Positions 41,996 through 56,693 of a stretch of 64,000 nt of DNA are shown here, in pieces (position 1 is the first letter of the stretch; the number at the start of each line of letters is the position of its first letter). The notes under the pieces were generated by a model. The model saw only the letters and a list, made by a program, of their open reading frames with translations. It did not search any database and was not told the origin of the DNA. The position numbers were made by a program, and so were the translations under genes. Source of the stretch: Phoronis australis (Eukaryota; Animalia; Phoronida); contig NMRA01000006.1 in assembly GCA_002633005.1 (NCBI GenBank), positions 1,198,442-1,262,441 of the forward strand. The letters are read 5' to 3'.

Positions 41996-42636
41996 ACGCT
42001 CCCTCATTGACTGAGCTGTGTTCTGTGCAACTGTCTAGTGTGCTGGTTGGGATAAACTATGGAGTCTCTGAAGCTTGGTGAAGAAGCGTGATGCTAACAT
42101 GTTGTGTATAACACATCCAGTTGTTAGTTGTATGGTGATGAGAACAGCCACCGTCGCAAGTGAAACAATGTTGTATATAAATATTGGTAATGTATGGTTA
42201 GATTATATTATATACATGTATGTATTATGTATTCATACCTTCTGTTTGCATATCTTCAGTTCTGTTAATTTATAAATCACAGCTCTTCATCATTTATATG
42301 TAAGTACCAAGATGAGACAGCCATGTGGACCACTGAAAGTCTACCATTCTTCTTCTTAAGTGTCAGCATGCACGTACACAGTACATGGAGTTCCAGTTAC
42401 TGACATAATCCACTATTGTGTAAAAATGATTTCTCCTACGTGTCCTGTAAAATAGCGGCATTTTATTTGTCTTCTACTGATTGGTAGTTGTATTCTAACG
42501 GGCATTCTGTGTACTTACTTACAAGTGATCAGCCAACCGTTGGACGATATTCAGAAGCACAGTGACATAAATATTCATGTTTACGGAATCCCTGTTTCAA
42601 AATCTTTGTTAACGAATGTTTGTTGAATACATAGAT

Positions 42637-42642
42637 AATAAA
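42637..42642 (+). terminator. Probable VCP polyadenylation signal
   Basis: AATAAA ~640 nt after the stop, followed ~20 nt later by a GT/T-rich tract (gtgatgtttttgtgtcgtt). Confidence 0.55.
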
Positions 42643-44651
42643 GATTGATTTAACTTTATAGTGATGTTTTTGTGTCGTTACTCCTTAGTTTAGTCGACAT
42701 CTACTGAAGTTCATTTATTTGTTCCTTATAGATGGTTCAAAGCATACAATATCTGAAGTTTACATTCATTATCTGTCTGAGATTAGTTCTTTTGGTATCA
42801 GTAGTAAGATATGTCTTACCAATCTGGCCTGGGCAAGGAGGTGGGGCTTTTCAGTATCTTTTGGGGAAGAGCATTCACAGATGATACATAGAGATAGATT
42901 TCACTGAAACTTGACAATGAAGTTTGGTATGTGACAACAGTGTGTTGCACAAGTCGATTTGTGCAAATTTGACGATTGCACCACTCCCTAGCAGCCATTC
43001 CATTTTGGCGATGATGGCAGCTGGCTCCTGGTACAGAGCAGATTGTGTGTCTATCTTCTTATCCATCATACCAAGTGCTTGTTCCTTCCGAAGAGAAGTA
43101 GAACAGAACAGCCAATTGCCATGCCAAGTGCTGTGTCACTTTCTGTGGTAAGAGTTGCGAAAACTGTTCTTATTCAAACTTTTGGGTTTAATGTTAGTTT
43201 TAAAAGGGGAGGTACCAACTCTTTTCTGTCAATTCTGATTGTTGCAGCTCTCCTGGTCAAATTGTAGAAACTTTGTACCTTACATGAAACTGATGGGCAC
43301 CCTTAGGAGCATGGCATTTGAAGTGTACTGCGGGTGAATCGTAGGTTTGCGTTGTTCTTTTTAGTTCTATTGTCAGTTTGAAGGGTACTAAACAGAAGGT
43401 ACAAGTGGATGAATTACACAAAATATATAGAAACTTGGAAGTGTGGTCTAATCTTTGAACTCGAAATTGAACTCTAAATTATTTTGGACATCAGTTCTAC
43501 TTTTGTAGGAACTCTATTCTATCCTCCAGTGCATAATGGCGTATGTATATAACTGGCTAATATTAGTTTACTCTGGGTTACCCCGGCATTAAGGCTAAAA
43601 GTTCGAGTCAGGACTGGAAATTTCAAGTTCTTACTCGAATTTGTAGCTCGCTTATAAGTGCAAATTAGAACGTGAATTATCAAAAACAACCTCGAGCTCC
43701 ATTTCAAGTACAAAAATTAGATCCGGTTCCTGATCATTTCAGATATTGGGTTAAAATGCATGCTGTAGCTCCTTTAATTCGCAGTTTTTCGTTGAGGTGT
43801 TCACATCAACAAAGCTCGTTTAGATTCTCAGTAGTTTAGGAAACTTGAAGTTGTGTTATTCAACCAAAAGATGTCTCTGCGTCAGTCTGTTTCGGGAAAA
43901 CCGAGACAACTCTGAAAGGGGAGATAATACTCAGGGTCGGTGACCACATCCACTTGTCTGTTTGACATCTGGTATAGCCGTGTGTCGTTGTTTATAAAAC
44001 AACTCCGACTCAATCTGGGAACTCTTTATAAATTGCTCCTAATGGGAGATTGTTTGTCAACCACGTTGCCCATTAAAGCTAACATATTTGCACTAAAATG
44101 CTCTTTATCTGACACGTTTTGATTTCAAGCCTGTCGTGTTTTTGGAAGCAATGGTTTTGCTCCAATTAAAGAAATTATATTTTATTAGTTTTGTGCAAAC
44201 GCTGTAGTTATGAGATTCCCTAACTTGCAAATTGTTTTGGCCTACACAGTGGCAGTGAGGAAGAGATAGTAATAAGATCACAAGTATTTATCGAGATATA
44301 TTGGTTTGTTGTCGAAAATTATTACACTCAGTAAATTAAGAACGAAGTATAGTTATCTTTAAATAATATTCTTTGAAATTTTATTCATATTTTTTCTGTG
44401 TTCGGTGAAACCATTTTACAACGTGAACCAAAATTAATAGAAATTCCACCTTGACCGACTACAAAAAAGTTAACCAGTTCCATTGAAATTCTGCAATTTC
44501 TCGTGTCAAGTCGCGTGCCATCAGCGTAAGGTAACTGAAATTTTCTTGTAAAGCGGTCTCTCAAATTATGTTGGTAGGCTTAAATTTGCCTTCGTTCCAA
44601 TGGTTATCGCCGCCATTATCGAGATAACAAATGAAAATGCTTGTCAGGTCA

Positions 44652-45041
44652 GGGCCCGGTCTTCAATCTTTTTTCTCGAAATTAGGTTTGGCATTTTCTA
44701 TTCTACTTTTGGACAACTCAAGATAAGTGTCTATTATTCTATTCTCGAGTACACAATAACTTACGTAGATAATTTATTGCCCTTAGTTCACAGTTTGTAA
44801 ACCCAATATTAAAGCAATAAGTTTGAGTTTGAACTCGAAATTTCGAGTTTTTACTCGAGTTTGTAGCACGAATATAAGAGTCTTCAAGGGCAAACTTGAA
44901 CTAGAAACTCCTATGCATAAACTATAATGTATTCGAGCACAGTCTGATAACCAATTATCTTAAGTTCGCACAAAAGGAGCAGAGAAATTGCCAAAAATAG
45001 TTTCGAGTTCATTTCGAGTACAAAGATTAGAGACTGGGCCC
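44652..45041. mobile_element. MITE with GGGCCC termini (PIF/Harbinger-like); degraded relative at ~43560-43732
   Basis: gggcccggtcttcaatcttt vs reverse complement gggcccagtctctaatcttt; internal actcga repeats shared with 43610-43720. Confidence 0.6.
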
Positions 45042-48000
45042 AGGAGTCGAAAACAATACCGAGTTTCATTGCGGGCAAGTCACTGCAAAAATCTAGAAAA
45101 CGAAGAACGATAATTTTATTCTCCGATAGACCAATATCTGTCACTTGTGAAAATATTTAACTGTTTATCAAGATCTATCAATATTCATGAAATGACAGCT
45201 GATTGAAAACAAAAAATTGTGAAGTTGATCATGTTTTAGCAGTCTAAAATCACGGACACGAAAATGTAACGCCTGCCAAAGTTTCTCACACTTCTTTAGT
45301 CACGTGCTTTTCATCAGTGGTTTAACTAAATGTGTGCTCGGCATTTGAGGTGTATCAATGGCAACTGTAGTGCAAATATTGAAAAATGGTAACTTTGACC
45401 AGTGACCTTTCACAAAAATGAATTGGCACACGGAATATAGTTGGTAAATTCCAACTACTTCATTGTAATTTCCCCATTTGCTTTTCTGGAGTCTGTCAGG
45501 TTAAATACTATACGGTATAGATCTGTTAGTACTCACGCATTTCGGAATTAGACAACCGGAAATCCACCCAAATAGGAAACAATAATCCTCGCTGCTCAAA
45601 ACTCAAGTGGGCACATATAGATCTTGCTTTTTTACAGTGACAACAACAATTCTGAGAAAGACGTGGTATAAGGTTAGAATCGAATTTTTATACCTGCGCT
45701 GCAAAGTCTGTTTAACCGAGTCAAGGATTACATTATCAGCTGTTAGTGAAATTGTTTTTGAAAATTCACACCCTTTTCGAATCCTGAATCCATGTTTGTG
45801 TATTTTCTATCAATGGCATATTCGCTTTCTTTCTTGTTCACGTTCAAAGATCATTGGCGAGCTGAGGTCAAGGATGACATGGTCCCTGTTCAATGTAAAA
45901 GGTCACCTCCTCCCGTCAGGCGGTGACGATTGCCTCCAACTGTAGCGTCCCGTAGCTAGCAACGTTGTGCTTATCACTCCTCCCCCCATCATGTAATGGC
46001 AGGATGTTGATGTCAGTAGCGATGCCGCTATCCTCATCAACAGTGACAGCAGATTATGTAAAACTGGCTCAGACTGGTACACGGTGTCATACAAGATAGC
46101 AGTAAATGACAGCGGTCTTGGACAGTGACACTGTCGTTCGAAACTTTGATAAAACATCTGCCCCATTTGCGTGCCGACAAAAGTTTCATCATTTGAGTTT
46201 CCTATTCGCCTGACGCTGAATAGATGTTAACCTTTGAGGAGCTGAGCTAACTACATGTAGACATGGATTTGCGAGGAATGCGTTTAACTTTGTCGAACTG
46301 CGTTTATGGTGATTTTGTCACGTAAGCGTGATATATTCTACATAACGTTTGGTACAGCAAGTGGCGCTTCTTATTGACTGCTCCTCCTCCGCTTTAATTT
46401 TTACTAATTTATGTATAATGAGTCTGTATTGTAAGACAGCCCCTCATTTTGGCCTGGGGGCAAAGTTGCTCTGATTTCTTTCCTTTCCACGCACGCCTTA
46501 GCTCAAGTTTCAGACAAGCTGGCTTCGACCATTAGGGAGATGTCACTCAGACAGAGTTCGACATCTCCAGCACATGACATCTGGGCATGGCATGCAGTAC
46601 AACACATTTGTGACGCGTTTGACTTTTCACACGTGTAACTAGGAAATTCCTGAAGTTTTAATCGAACCCGTAAAGGTTAATTAATATAGGTTACTATAAA
46701 ACTCAAGGAGTGTTCTGCACTTAGAAATTCAAAAACTAGTTAAAATTAATGAATGAAAATATGGTATATTTTATAAGTCCTTCAAGAATAAAACTTTCTA
46801 AGACAAAATATCCTTGATCGTTGCTTGTGCAGAAAGGCAGTTTGAAATAAAAACAATTCCTTTGTTGAAATATTAGCACAAACTAAGAACAAAGTGTCTC
46901 TGCTTTCAATATCTTCAAAATTGGCCTGTTTGAATAATTTTAATGTTAATTGAGATTAAAAATAATTTAGTCTGTTGATAGTTTCACATCTAAAAATTAA
47001 TGGGAAGTGCTGATACATTGAATGAAACTAGTTAATCTTGGGAGTTTTCTTATTCTGTCTTCAAGTCGGTTAGCCTGTTACATTAATATGCCTATTTACT
47101 TTGTTGGGTGTTTTAAAGTTTGTTAAATGGAATATCTTTAATTATTCGCCCTTAAAGAATGCTGTGGGAGTTACAGGGTCACTATCAGGTCCGCCTGAAT
47201 AATACTTCATAATTACTGTTTTTAAACAATAACATTTTTCGTGTAGTTACTGTTATGAAGATTGTGTGATGGTTCTGTTTCAGCCAACTCCACACGGCTA
47301 TGTTATTTAGAACATCGTTCTTTTTTGGCTTTATAATCTCTCGCGTTACTTTTGTGGTCTACGAGAATTTCTCAAAGAACAAAAGTATGTCTACGAGGAA
47401 AATTTCGGGGATTATCGCACTATTAGTTAAACACGAGTCACCGTGCACTGTAACCCATTAAACAGCACCAATGATGTAACCACGTGGCTGGGGGGGAGGG
47501 GGGTGTTGTAAACTGTCCTTGTGAACGCCCCCGGTCCACTGACAGAGGACAAGTTCATGTGGTCACCACTCGAGTCAACCTTGCTCCGTAAATAAGCAAT
47601 TTCTCGCTTGAATACTTGTGTGGTTCCCCAGTGTGTGCCAGCTCCGACGTATTCTTATTATAAAATCGCTGTCAGGTGAGTATCCGATTAGAAAATTTGT
47701 CCGTCAGTAAACCATGCAAATGTTGAGCAATTAACGGCTAATACCACACACACAAATCTGAGCAGTTACTCAAGTTTCGCGTTTATTTCGGCCATAAAAT
47801 CTTGGTCGTGTTTTGAAATACTAGTTTTTAGCCGATTTCCACTTTCAAAACTGTGAATGTTTTCGCGAGAGTTTCTTTTACAGCCATCGAGTATTTTGAG
47901 AAGTCGACATTTAGATCTGACTTTCTGTTGTATTTAGACCTAAATGTTATTTAAACAGCTAACGACTGTTCTAATGCGATGACTTGAAGCATCCAGCATT

Positions 48001-48052
48001 TGTGTTTAAAAGGTCCAACAGGCGACACGAAGCAGAACCTAAACAGTTGAAC

Positions 48053-48061
48053 TGGGTGGTC
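48053..48061 (-). promoter_or_regulatory. Perfect GLI/Ci consensus site upstream of patched
   Basis: TGGGTGGTC is the reverse complement of GACCACCCA. Confidence 0.55.
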
Positions 48062-51000
48062 TTCTTGTTGTTGTTTACATTCAAGGCTAAAATGCCAAAT
48101 TTCGATAAAGACGATAATGGCGATGGTTTTATTTGCCCTTTACAAACTTTCTCAAAACAGGATATATTTAGTAAAGTGGATTTTTTTAAATTACACACAA
48201 CGCGATGAAGTAAATATTGTGGATAGCCTAGTGAATAATGCAAGGACCGGCGCAACTCGTGAACAGGACGCTGTCGCTGTCAGTCGACGTCAGCCAGCAA
48301 ATAGGTTTTGAATGCAATAAAAACGATAGTTTTATTTTTGTATTCGACATGATAGCTTTCTTTATCATTAACATTTTAATGGCAATTTGATTCGCTGAAA
48401 TGGTACTTTATTTTTAATCCACAATTCGAAACCTAAACGCCATACTGTTCTAGTATGTGTGCTTAGAGCTGAATGGATTCAAGGCATATTTTGATTTGCA
48501 GGGACATTGACTAAAATGAGTCCACAAAATTTTGATTTAAAAGAGCATTATCATCTTTTATACTAGAAAAACGCATTTTTGGATTGGATAGAGTTTCAAG
48601 TCATTAGCTTAAAACTAGCCACAAAAATTCCGTTTTATTTTTTTGTTTTTGTGACAAATCGACAATTCTCGCCGTTGTCTGCCAGATTTTCGGCGATATC
48701 AAGGCCGATGCCTTTATTAATAAATGTGCTGAAGATACTCCGTCATTTTAACTGGTACTGTTTTGCTCAGCAGCAGGGCGTTCGGTTGCTCATGCGAAGG
48801 TTGTGGGTTCGATTTCGTGCAACTGCAAATTTCTGTAAAATTTCTATTCTCTCGCCCAGAATGTCCATTTGTATGGTGGTTGCATATTTGCTAAATAAAT
48901 TAAAGTATTAATTTTTGTTAAACAAATTATTCAGAACAGGAAAAGGACATCAGACTGCAGAATGCCAGATAGCGCAGGTGTGCGTGAACTAATTATTTTT
49001 TCACAATCTCACCTTCACGGTCTCCCAAGTGCGCTGTAACAATCTCTCCTTCACGGTCTTGCAAGTGCGCGGTTACAACTACGAGGCAGTGATGGCAATG
49101 GAAGTGCCGTTCATGACTGAACTACTTAGAAGCTAATGTTTTGGGAAATAGTGTATTTTTATTGACATGTCAAAGACATTTTGTGACTTTTTAGTGGCAA
49201 ACAAGGGCCCGAAGTATTATCTCTGTACTCGAAACTCGACTCGAGTTTGAATTCAGATAATAGGCGCTGAGCCAAAGTAGCAAACAAGGGTTTCTTCAGA
49301 GGAAGCCGTTTGTTCAGTGGAAATGAATGACGGGTCATCTTAAGCTGTTGTCATATAACGATTGCTATGATTGAACTATCGGTAAGGAATTTGACGTAAC
49401 GATGCTGTGTCTCATCGCATGAGAAATCTAAATGTTTCAATTGTTAATTCGTAAATTTTGTACTCAGACATCAGCGTTTTCCAAATAGTTTCCGCTAGTT
49501 TTAATCTGAAGAATTTCGAGTTCATTCTGTGAATATATAAGAACCTGAGAAATACCTGACCTACCAATTAATATGTAATAATCGATTGTCTTCAAAGAGC
49601 GGTTACGCCACGGTATGTATCGCTAACCTCGTATGAATACGCGCTGTAGTCCGCGCTGTTTGGGCAAGCCTTAAACACGGCCCTCTCAAAAAGGGTGAAC
49701 AAATATTTAGTAAAGACTGGAACGATTTAACCTTTTTAGTGTATTATTTTGCAAGTAAATTTTCATGAATGGTTCAAGAATGTAGCTAAATTGGTTGAAT
49801 AGCAATCTTCAGGCTTGGCATCAGGCCCCTGCTTAGAATAAAAACAAACCCCGCGTGTGCGGTACAATAACCATTCTTGATATATCATACTTATTGCGTT
49901 TCAAATTAGAATAAGCACAAGCCTTTTATGTTATGATATACACGAGTGGACAATTCCGTTGGGTAGAATTTCTCTCATAAATATGTCCTATATAGTCTTA
50001 AACACACACGCGCAGAAGTTAAGTAAACTGTAAACTACGCGACAAAAAACGAGTCATACAATTAATAAAATGCGAGACGGTTGATTTATTTTGTTACATA
50101 GAAATTACTTTTCAGTGTAAAGTAATTAGTAAGAGTAAAGGTTATCAGACCTAGCCGGTGGACAAACTGGTCAGGTGTGGCGAAGCTAATGTTAAGCACC
50201 TGCGTCGGTCACGTCATTATAAGAGTGAGGAGTGCGTGCGTCAAGTGTGCATGGTAAAGGTAAGTTGAACACTCTTACCTTATTTCTTTTCGACAATTTA
50301 ATTAACTTGTTATGGCTTGGGAACTTGTAATGTGCTGGCAACGTCGTTTTCGTTGCTGCACTGACTTTTACCTCCATGGGACAAGCCCGAGTACGTTTTG
50401 TGGACTGATTTGTTTTACGCTCGTGAAGGATGCTTGTACATGTAACTTACTTTTGTAACTGACGCTCATAATTCGCGAGCATTCTTAACGCGCGTTATGA
50501 ACAGTCGTAAGTTACTCTCGTAAAACGCGTCTTTACGCTAGTAATTTACGAGCTTAATTACAGGTGACGCTTGCCTTGCAGTGGCCAATGATAGAAATGC
50601 ACCAAGAACAGGTTGAAAATAGCCTTTTAAAATAGGTTGAAAATAGCCTTTTAAAATACCTTGGAGTAAGCCGGCACTGTTGTTCTTCAAGTTTGTCATT
50701 AATTAAACAACTAGTCATTTGTTCTTTGAGTTAATTGAGCGCTGCTTCACTAATACGACTATTGGATTGGGACATCTCGTTTCACACTATGGCGAGGTCA
50801 ATTGTTTTGATTTCATTTAGTGACGCGTCACAAAAAATGGAGTCATGATATAAGCCACATTATCACTTTTTGTTTTCTTTACCGTTATTCTGTGATCGGA
50901 ATGGAGTTATTTGGAGCTCAGGAAATCGCTATAGTCTTATTTTATCTTAATTTTGAACTAACCTGCCGAAACAGCGTTAGATATAGCCCTAGCAGGACAC

Positions 51001-54000
51001 AAACGTTTTTCCGGCCAAAAAGCATTTAAAGGGGTATTTTGGGCAGCAGTCATTTCCTAAAGTTTTTAGTCCTCGACCAGGGTTATAATGCAGCAATATC
51101 TGTTGTGCTTTTTGTGATTTTATTACAACTCTCCGATTCTTAGCACAGGCTGCCAGTCAAAGTTAACTGAAATCGAGGCGCCAACCTCATCAGTTGTTTC
51201 GTTGCATGCAAATGGTCGACACGGGTTCTGTGTAGTGCTGGGTAACCTTGAGTAGGCTAAATTTCTTGGGAGAAAAGCAGTATCACCTAAGACCATACGA
51301 AATGGCTCAAATGAAAGGCTAGTGTCAGTTCGCGCGTTATTCGAAACCTTACTTGTGATATGGCAGCCACTGAATGGATTAGTCGGTGAGGTTGGGATGT
51401 TGAATTATGGGATACAGTGCATTGTTTCTGTCCTGTAAGCAGACAGCTTCCACTCTCCACCCGTCTTCCATAACTATCCTCACGTTCATGCTTACTTTAA
51501 CTTTGATTTTAACCTTAAATCTAAAACTGCTTTTTGTAAATCTTTAAATGTTTTAAGTTTAAGACTAATTAACCGGTTGATGTCCTTCGCTGACTCTCAA
51601 AAATTTGGAAGATCCCAGCCAGTAGGCGGTGGCTTTGCAACTATTTGAATAGGAAGACCAGAGCCCTACACTTTCCCATAAACGTTAACGAACCTGTGGA
51701 GTAATCCACGTTTTCTTGTTGAGAGTGGGCCCTGATACTGATATTGGACTTGGGAGGCGCAGGAAGTCTTGCTTCCATAGGTGGATTTTGGGGAACTTAG
51801 CGCCATGCCCCCAACCGAGAAGATCAAAAATTTATGGCTGACCCCTTCCTTACGACATCCCATGTCCCTCAGTGCATTTGTTGGTTAATGCCACAATAAA
51901 CCTTGTTCTCGGCTGGTGCCAAAAACAGCTTTCCTCACAAACGCAAGTGTTCTTGTCAAAGCAACTCCTTCGCATTCTTATCATTTATTTTTAAAGAGGC
52001 CTGGAAAGCGATAAACAAACTAAATTGCAATGTTGAAAGTAGCTCTCTGCCACTGAAACGGAATTCAACTGGCTGACCAGGTATTTTTAGGGTTTTTTCG
52101 CAAAGATCTTTAATTTCTGTTGATAGCAAAACGTTTTCTTTTAGTTTCAAGTTTCAAAAAAACGACCTTTCATATACTCGCCACTTCGTCGATTTTTCTC
52201 CTACAAGGCAAAGCACGTCTCCTTATTTGGTATGGCAAGACTTAGACGTAGTACATTTCCCTTATATGGAAGATGTGACTTTTGACCTCAAGCGTCTTCA
52301 AACGACTGTGAGTACATGTGCGCATTTATCATAACTGGGAGGGAGATTAGAAACTCTGTGGTAAGCACAGAGTTTTTCCTTCGCACGAATTTCAAAAATC
52401 ATCATTTTGTGATTTTTTTCTGGAAAATTCTTCCACAGAAGAAACTGAATTTACTCTGTACTCGATGTTGCGAGATGATACTTTCGTCAGAAATTGTTTA
52501 AAAGATATTTTTTGATGAACTCTCGCGTTCCACGCCTCTTTAAATGAAAATGAGATAACAACAAAACGCCTGCAATTCTCCATATTGCATCAGCAACTGT
52601 CACTAACCCGTGGTGACAAGAAATGGACATTGTCTGTAGCCATAACTGCCACTTTTCAAACCTAAGCATTATTTGTAATGTGAGTAAAGAACAAAGTAAA
52701 TGGTTCATTGCACTGTTAAATAGTTCAATGTTTGTTCTTAGAAGTTGAAGATGAATGTGATTAATTGATTGATTGTATTTGGCCGCACAAAAATACCTAT
52801 AAATGATGACAGTCAATATGAAACATGAAAACAAAAATCAAGACAAACAAAATGGTCACGTGGGAAAATGAGATGGGTACAATAAGGATGATACCAGAAT
52901 GTGACACGCACCTCCATGTTGACCCTTATAGTAAAACAAACAAAAAAGACGGACAAAAGCAGACAAAACAATGTCATAATGATTATGAAATGAGACATAA
53001 CCACAGGCATGAAGTGAAAAATAGAAAAGAAAATTATGACTAAAATAAATAAATAAATAAATAAAAGAAATAAGAAAAAATACGTAAACAATAAGGGGCC
53101 AAGAGTGCTCAAAACTGTTGTAAGCCCACTTTCCGTTCAAGAAACTAACTTTTTGATTTAGACCAGTTACCTCTGTACAATTGATTTGAATTTGTTCCTC
53201 AGAAGACAGAAGTTACTTTTAGTCTTGCAAAGAACTCAAAGTTCGTTAAAGTTGCTCGAGATCCTATTTGACGAACAAAATGACCCGCCGTGACAAGTCA
53301 ACTTGAAGAACCTCGTCTGAATTAATAACCAGCTGTCATTTCTTTCCTAGAAATCGCAACTATTTTGACTAAGCAACAATTTGAGGTCATTTTTTATAAT
53401 CGTAAGTGGCTTAAATCAAAAGTTGCTTGTTGAAAAATCTGGTTTATTGTCGCTTTAAGGGGACCAATAACAAAGTAAAAGCATGACAGATGTGAAAAAT
53501 AAATATTGAATTTGACTAAGCAAAACGCGTTTGGCTTATAATGTATAACGGTTTTTAAAAAGTTTTAGGACATATCAGAGTGTAAGTTACTCCAGTGAGT
53601 AACTGCAGTGTATCTGAACCACGTTTGCCCACGTGATGTGCGAGGAATTAGAAGAGAACATGAAGTTTCTATACATTAACAATCTACATCTCTACTATGA
53701 TGAATGTTATTTAAATAACAAAGTGTTGTACGACGAATAATGTTGAACATATGAGTAAGTTTTATTGCTCCAGACAATGTCTTATAGTTGATGCTGTCAA
53801 AAATTCATACTTTGTTTCGTCGCCTTTTACTGACTTGGCGTAATTGTCGAGAAAGATCTTTCTTTTGATCAAATTCCCAAGACGATGTGAAACTCTCGAC
53901 TTAGCGGTCGTCGTCCAACGCTTTGAGCTTCGTTTCACTCGGTAAGTATCCAAGTATTTAAATGATGACATAAAGTCATCGACCTGAATTTCAGCGAATG

Positions 54001-56110
54001 AATGGCAGCCAACGGTGAGAATTTGCGATTTAAAATAAAATTTCAAGTACACAACGGATTTTGTTGTTTTATAGCTCTGGTCAAAGCTAATGACTTCAAG
54101 AAATATATTCCATCCAGCCCAAATTGCGTTTTTTGGAACTAAAAGCGATTGCGTCATTTTAAGACGCTTCGGGATTTGCCTTGCCGATTGTTCGGAAACG
54201 TACTAAAAACTCTTTTACTCCTAATACTGTCACCATTACCACTGTTGGACATCACAGCTGTAGAGCTAACGATAAGAACCTCACACAGAGGCGCGAATTG
54301 CATTTGATGTGCTCTCGTGGTCGGTGGTCTGTCCGTTCAAATGATTTTAGATGTCATGAGTCGACCATAAGTACAAAACAAATGTTATTTAGGCTGTTTG
54401 GGATGTATTCTCCCATAGAAATATACTCTGGAAGTCGAGAGAACATTTACCACGTACAAATGGGAGTCACAAATTGCTCCAGTGAGTTAGCGATAAAACG
54501 GATAGCACCAGGGGGAGACTTGACGACCTTAGAAACTAAATGTTACTTTGAAAAACTATGAGATGCAAGTTAGCGTTGGGACAAGTTCATGTTTATATGA
54601 TTCAATGCCACGTTTTTAGAAACATGCTTTTTTGTTATTTCTATATTACGTAGCATATCTCTCTGGCTTGTTCCAGTCTGCCGAAGAAAATTCACTTGCA
54701 TGCGTAACGAATCAAAATTCCATCAGAAATTTCATTGAGTCAATTACACACTCTTAGTTTATACTCAGTTCTGTTTCCCTATCTTATTGGTATCCAGTAA
54801 CTCATTGCTGATATACTTAATTATTTGTTTGCTTTAATCTTTTTACCGCTCTTCCTTTTTTGTGTTTTCCTGCACTCGTGTGTTGTATCCAGTCTCAGGC
54901 ATTGTCTAAACTAAGTAGTTACTCTGTAGTCATGTTTATGTATTCGCTATAAAATGTACACCAAGCACATTAGGTACATGTATTTGGCTATCTTTCATAT
55001 GGTGAAGCCACCTTCCGAGATGCAAGTCACCCTCCGAGGTACAAACTCAATGAAGTTAACACGACCGTTAGCCAGATTGAGGCATCAAAGTTTTTTCTTT
55101 GAATCCGTGGCACCGTCGAAGCGATTCTGGATATTTTTGCGCACATTATCGTTAACCCTAACTGCCCATTTCAGTCGTTTGAAACAAATGTGCCCAATAA
55201 CTATGCTTTTGATGTAACGTATATTAAGCTGTCTCTGTGGCATAACTTGCCTTTATTCAACCAAAGTTCTGACAAAACGTAACTGATCAAGAATGTATGA
55301 ACAATTACCGTTTTTTTGTCATATTCTTAAATTCTTTACTTTTCCTTTGGTCCACAGAAAGAAAATGTTTATAGTATGACTAAAAGGTACATTGCGCTGA
55401 CATGTTTTGAGTGATAAAGAGGTTTTGTTACAGCTTCATTGAATCTGTGCTGATAGTTCAGATGCATATGTTATGACGTTATAATTATTTAGCGGGCGAG
55501 GGTGCAAGTGTCGGTAGATGAAATAGGGTCTCAGGCTATTGTTGTTTATAAACAATGAAATAGTCGTACTTTGGTATTAAATGTACATTTCTTTGCTTTC
55601 TGTTCATGTCACTCCCCAGTCCCCAATGATAAGCCAAAGTACTCCCAGTTTTGCACTGTTGCTGGGAGGACCTTGGGCACACCGTTTTTTCCATCAAATT
55701 TTGAAGGCAGTGGAAATGAGATATTCGATAATTTGTAACTACAGACTGAAGAAAATAATCAGACTGTCAGTGGTAGCTCTGACTTTCGCTTTATTTGGTA
55801 ACTATTATCATTAAACATTTTTTTGATATATGGATCTTCGAAACCTCAAAATTAATCTTGTAAAAATACTTTTCGATTACTGAACACTAAGATATATCTA
55901 GAGCTAAATGGCAAAACGGTAAGACCAGAGTTGCTTTTATGCCGACGCGCATTCGCTAAAAATGAACCAGCATCTTCTTTGAAGCTTGTTGAAAGCGCCA
56001 CCTTCCTATCAGATACACATGGAGCCAATCTGAACCCACTGCAGTTGGTGCGGGATGGCCCGGAGAAAGTTGGCCAGTCGAAACTTCAATGGAGAGGATA
56101 ATAAAACATA

Positions 56111-56560
56111 GGGTGGTCTTGACGTTGGCAATGTGTCGTTTTTTCTAAATGATTTTCAGTTATGATCACGTGTTTACACGCACGGTGATAAATTATTTGA
56201 CTGAACCCTGCCTTCAGTACTGTAATGTATGCAACGCTATCGCCAAAATCATTGTCCCTGCCTGCAGTTAATAGAAGCGTCTTCTCTGGTGACCATTGGT
56301 TGTTGAAACTCACCATACGACCTGATGGCCACCGGTGAAATTTACTTGTAGTATAAATACCTCGCGCCATTTATCATAAAGTATTTACTTAACAAATTCT
56401 GACAAATTACCGCAGAAGCCCACCCAAGCTTTGTTAGCGGATGCGACTGGATGGCACACCAGTGAGAGTTGTTCACTCAGACTTCAGCAGTCGTGACGTC
56501 TGTGTACTGAGTTTTAACTCCTCAGCAGGGTGAATTTCATAACTTTGAACGAAGCCTGTC
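56111..56560 (+). promoter_or_regulatory. Candidate patched promoter with GLI-like sites
   Basis: GGGTGGTC 56111-56118, TATAAATA ~56353, GCCCACCCA 56418-56426 and gtgacgtc ~56493, upstream of a phase-compatible ATG exon. Confidence 0.45.
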
Positions 56561-56651
56561 GCACTATGAGGATAATTTACAGAAGGATGGTGTAATGCCG
56601 CCTCGGATTAATTTTGCCAATTCCAGTATCTTCGCTTAATCAGGATTAACT

Positions 56652-56693
56652 ATGTCGCCAGCATTAGACGCTATTGCCTGGCCGGGAATGAAG
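56652..56693 (+). CDS. ptc: Patched, probable first coding exon (MSPALDAIAWPGMK)
   Basis: ATG...AAG|gtatga; phase 0 matches the acceptor at 59858. Inferred from splice phase and context, not from homology. Confidence 0.5.

Noticed and set aside
42700-56000. Numerous 60-130 aa ORFs between VCP and patched
   Set aside because: No recognisable domains or coherent exon chain; expected by chance.
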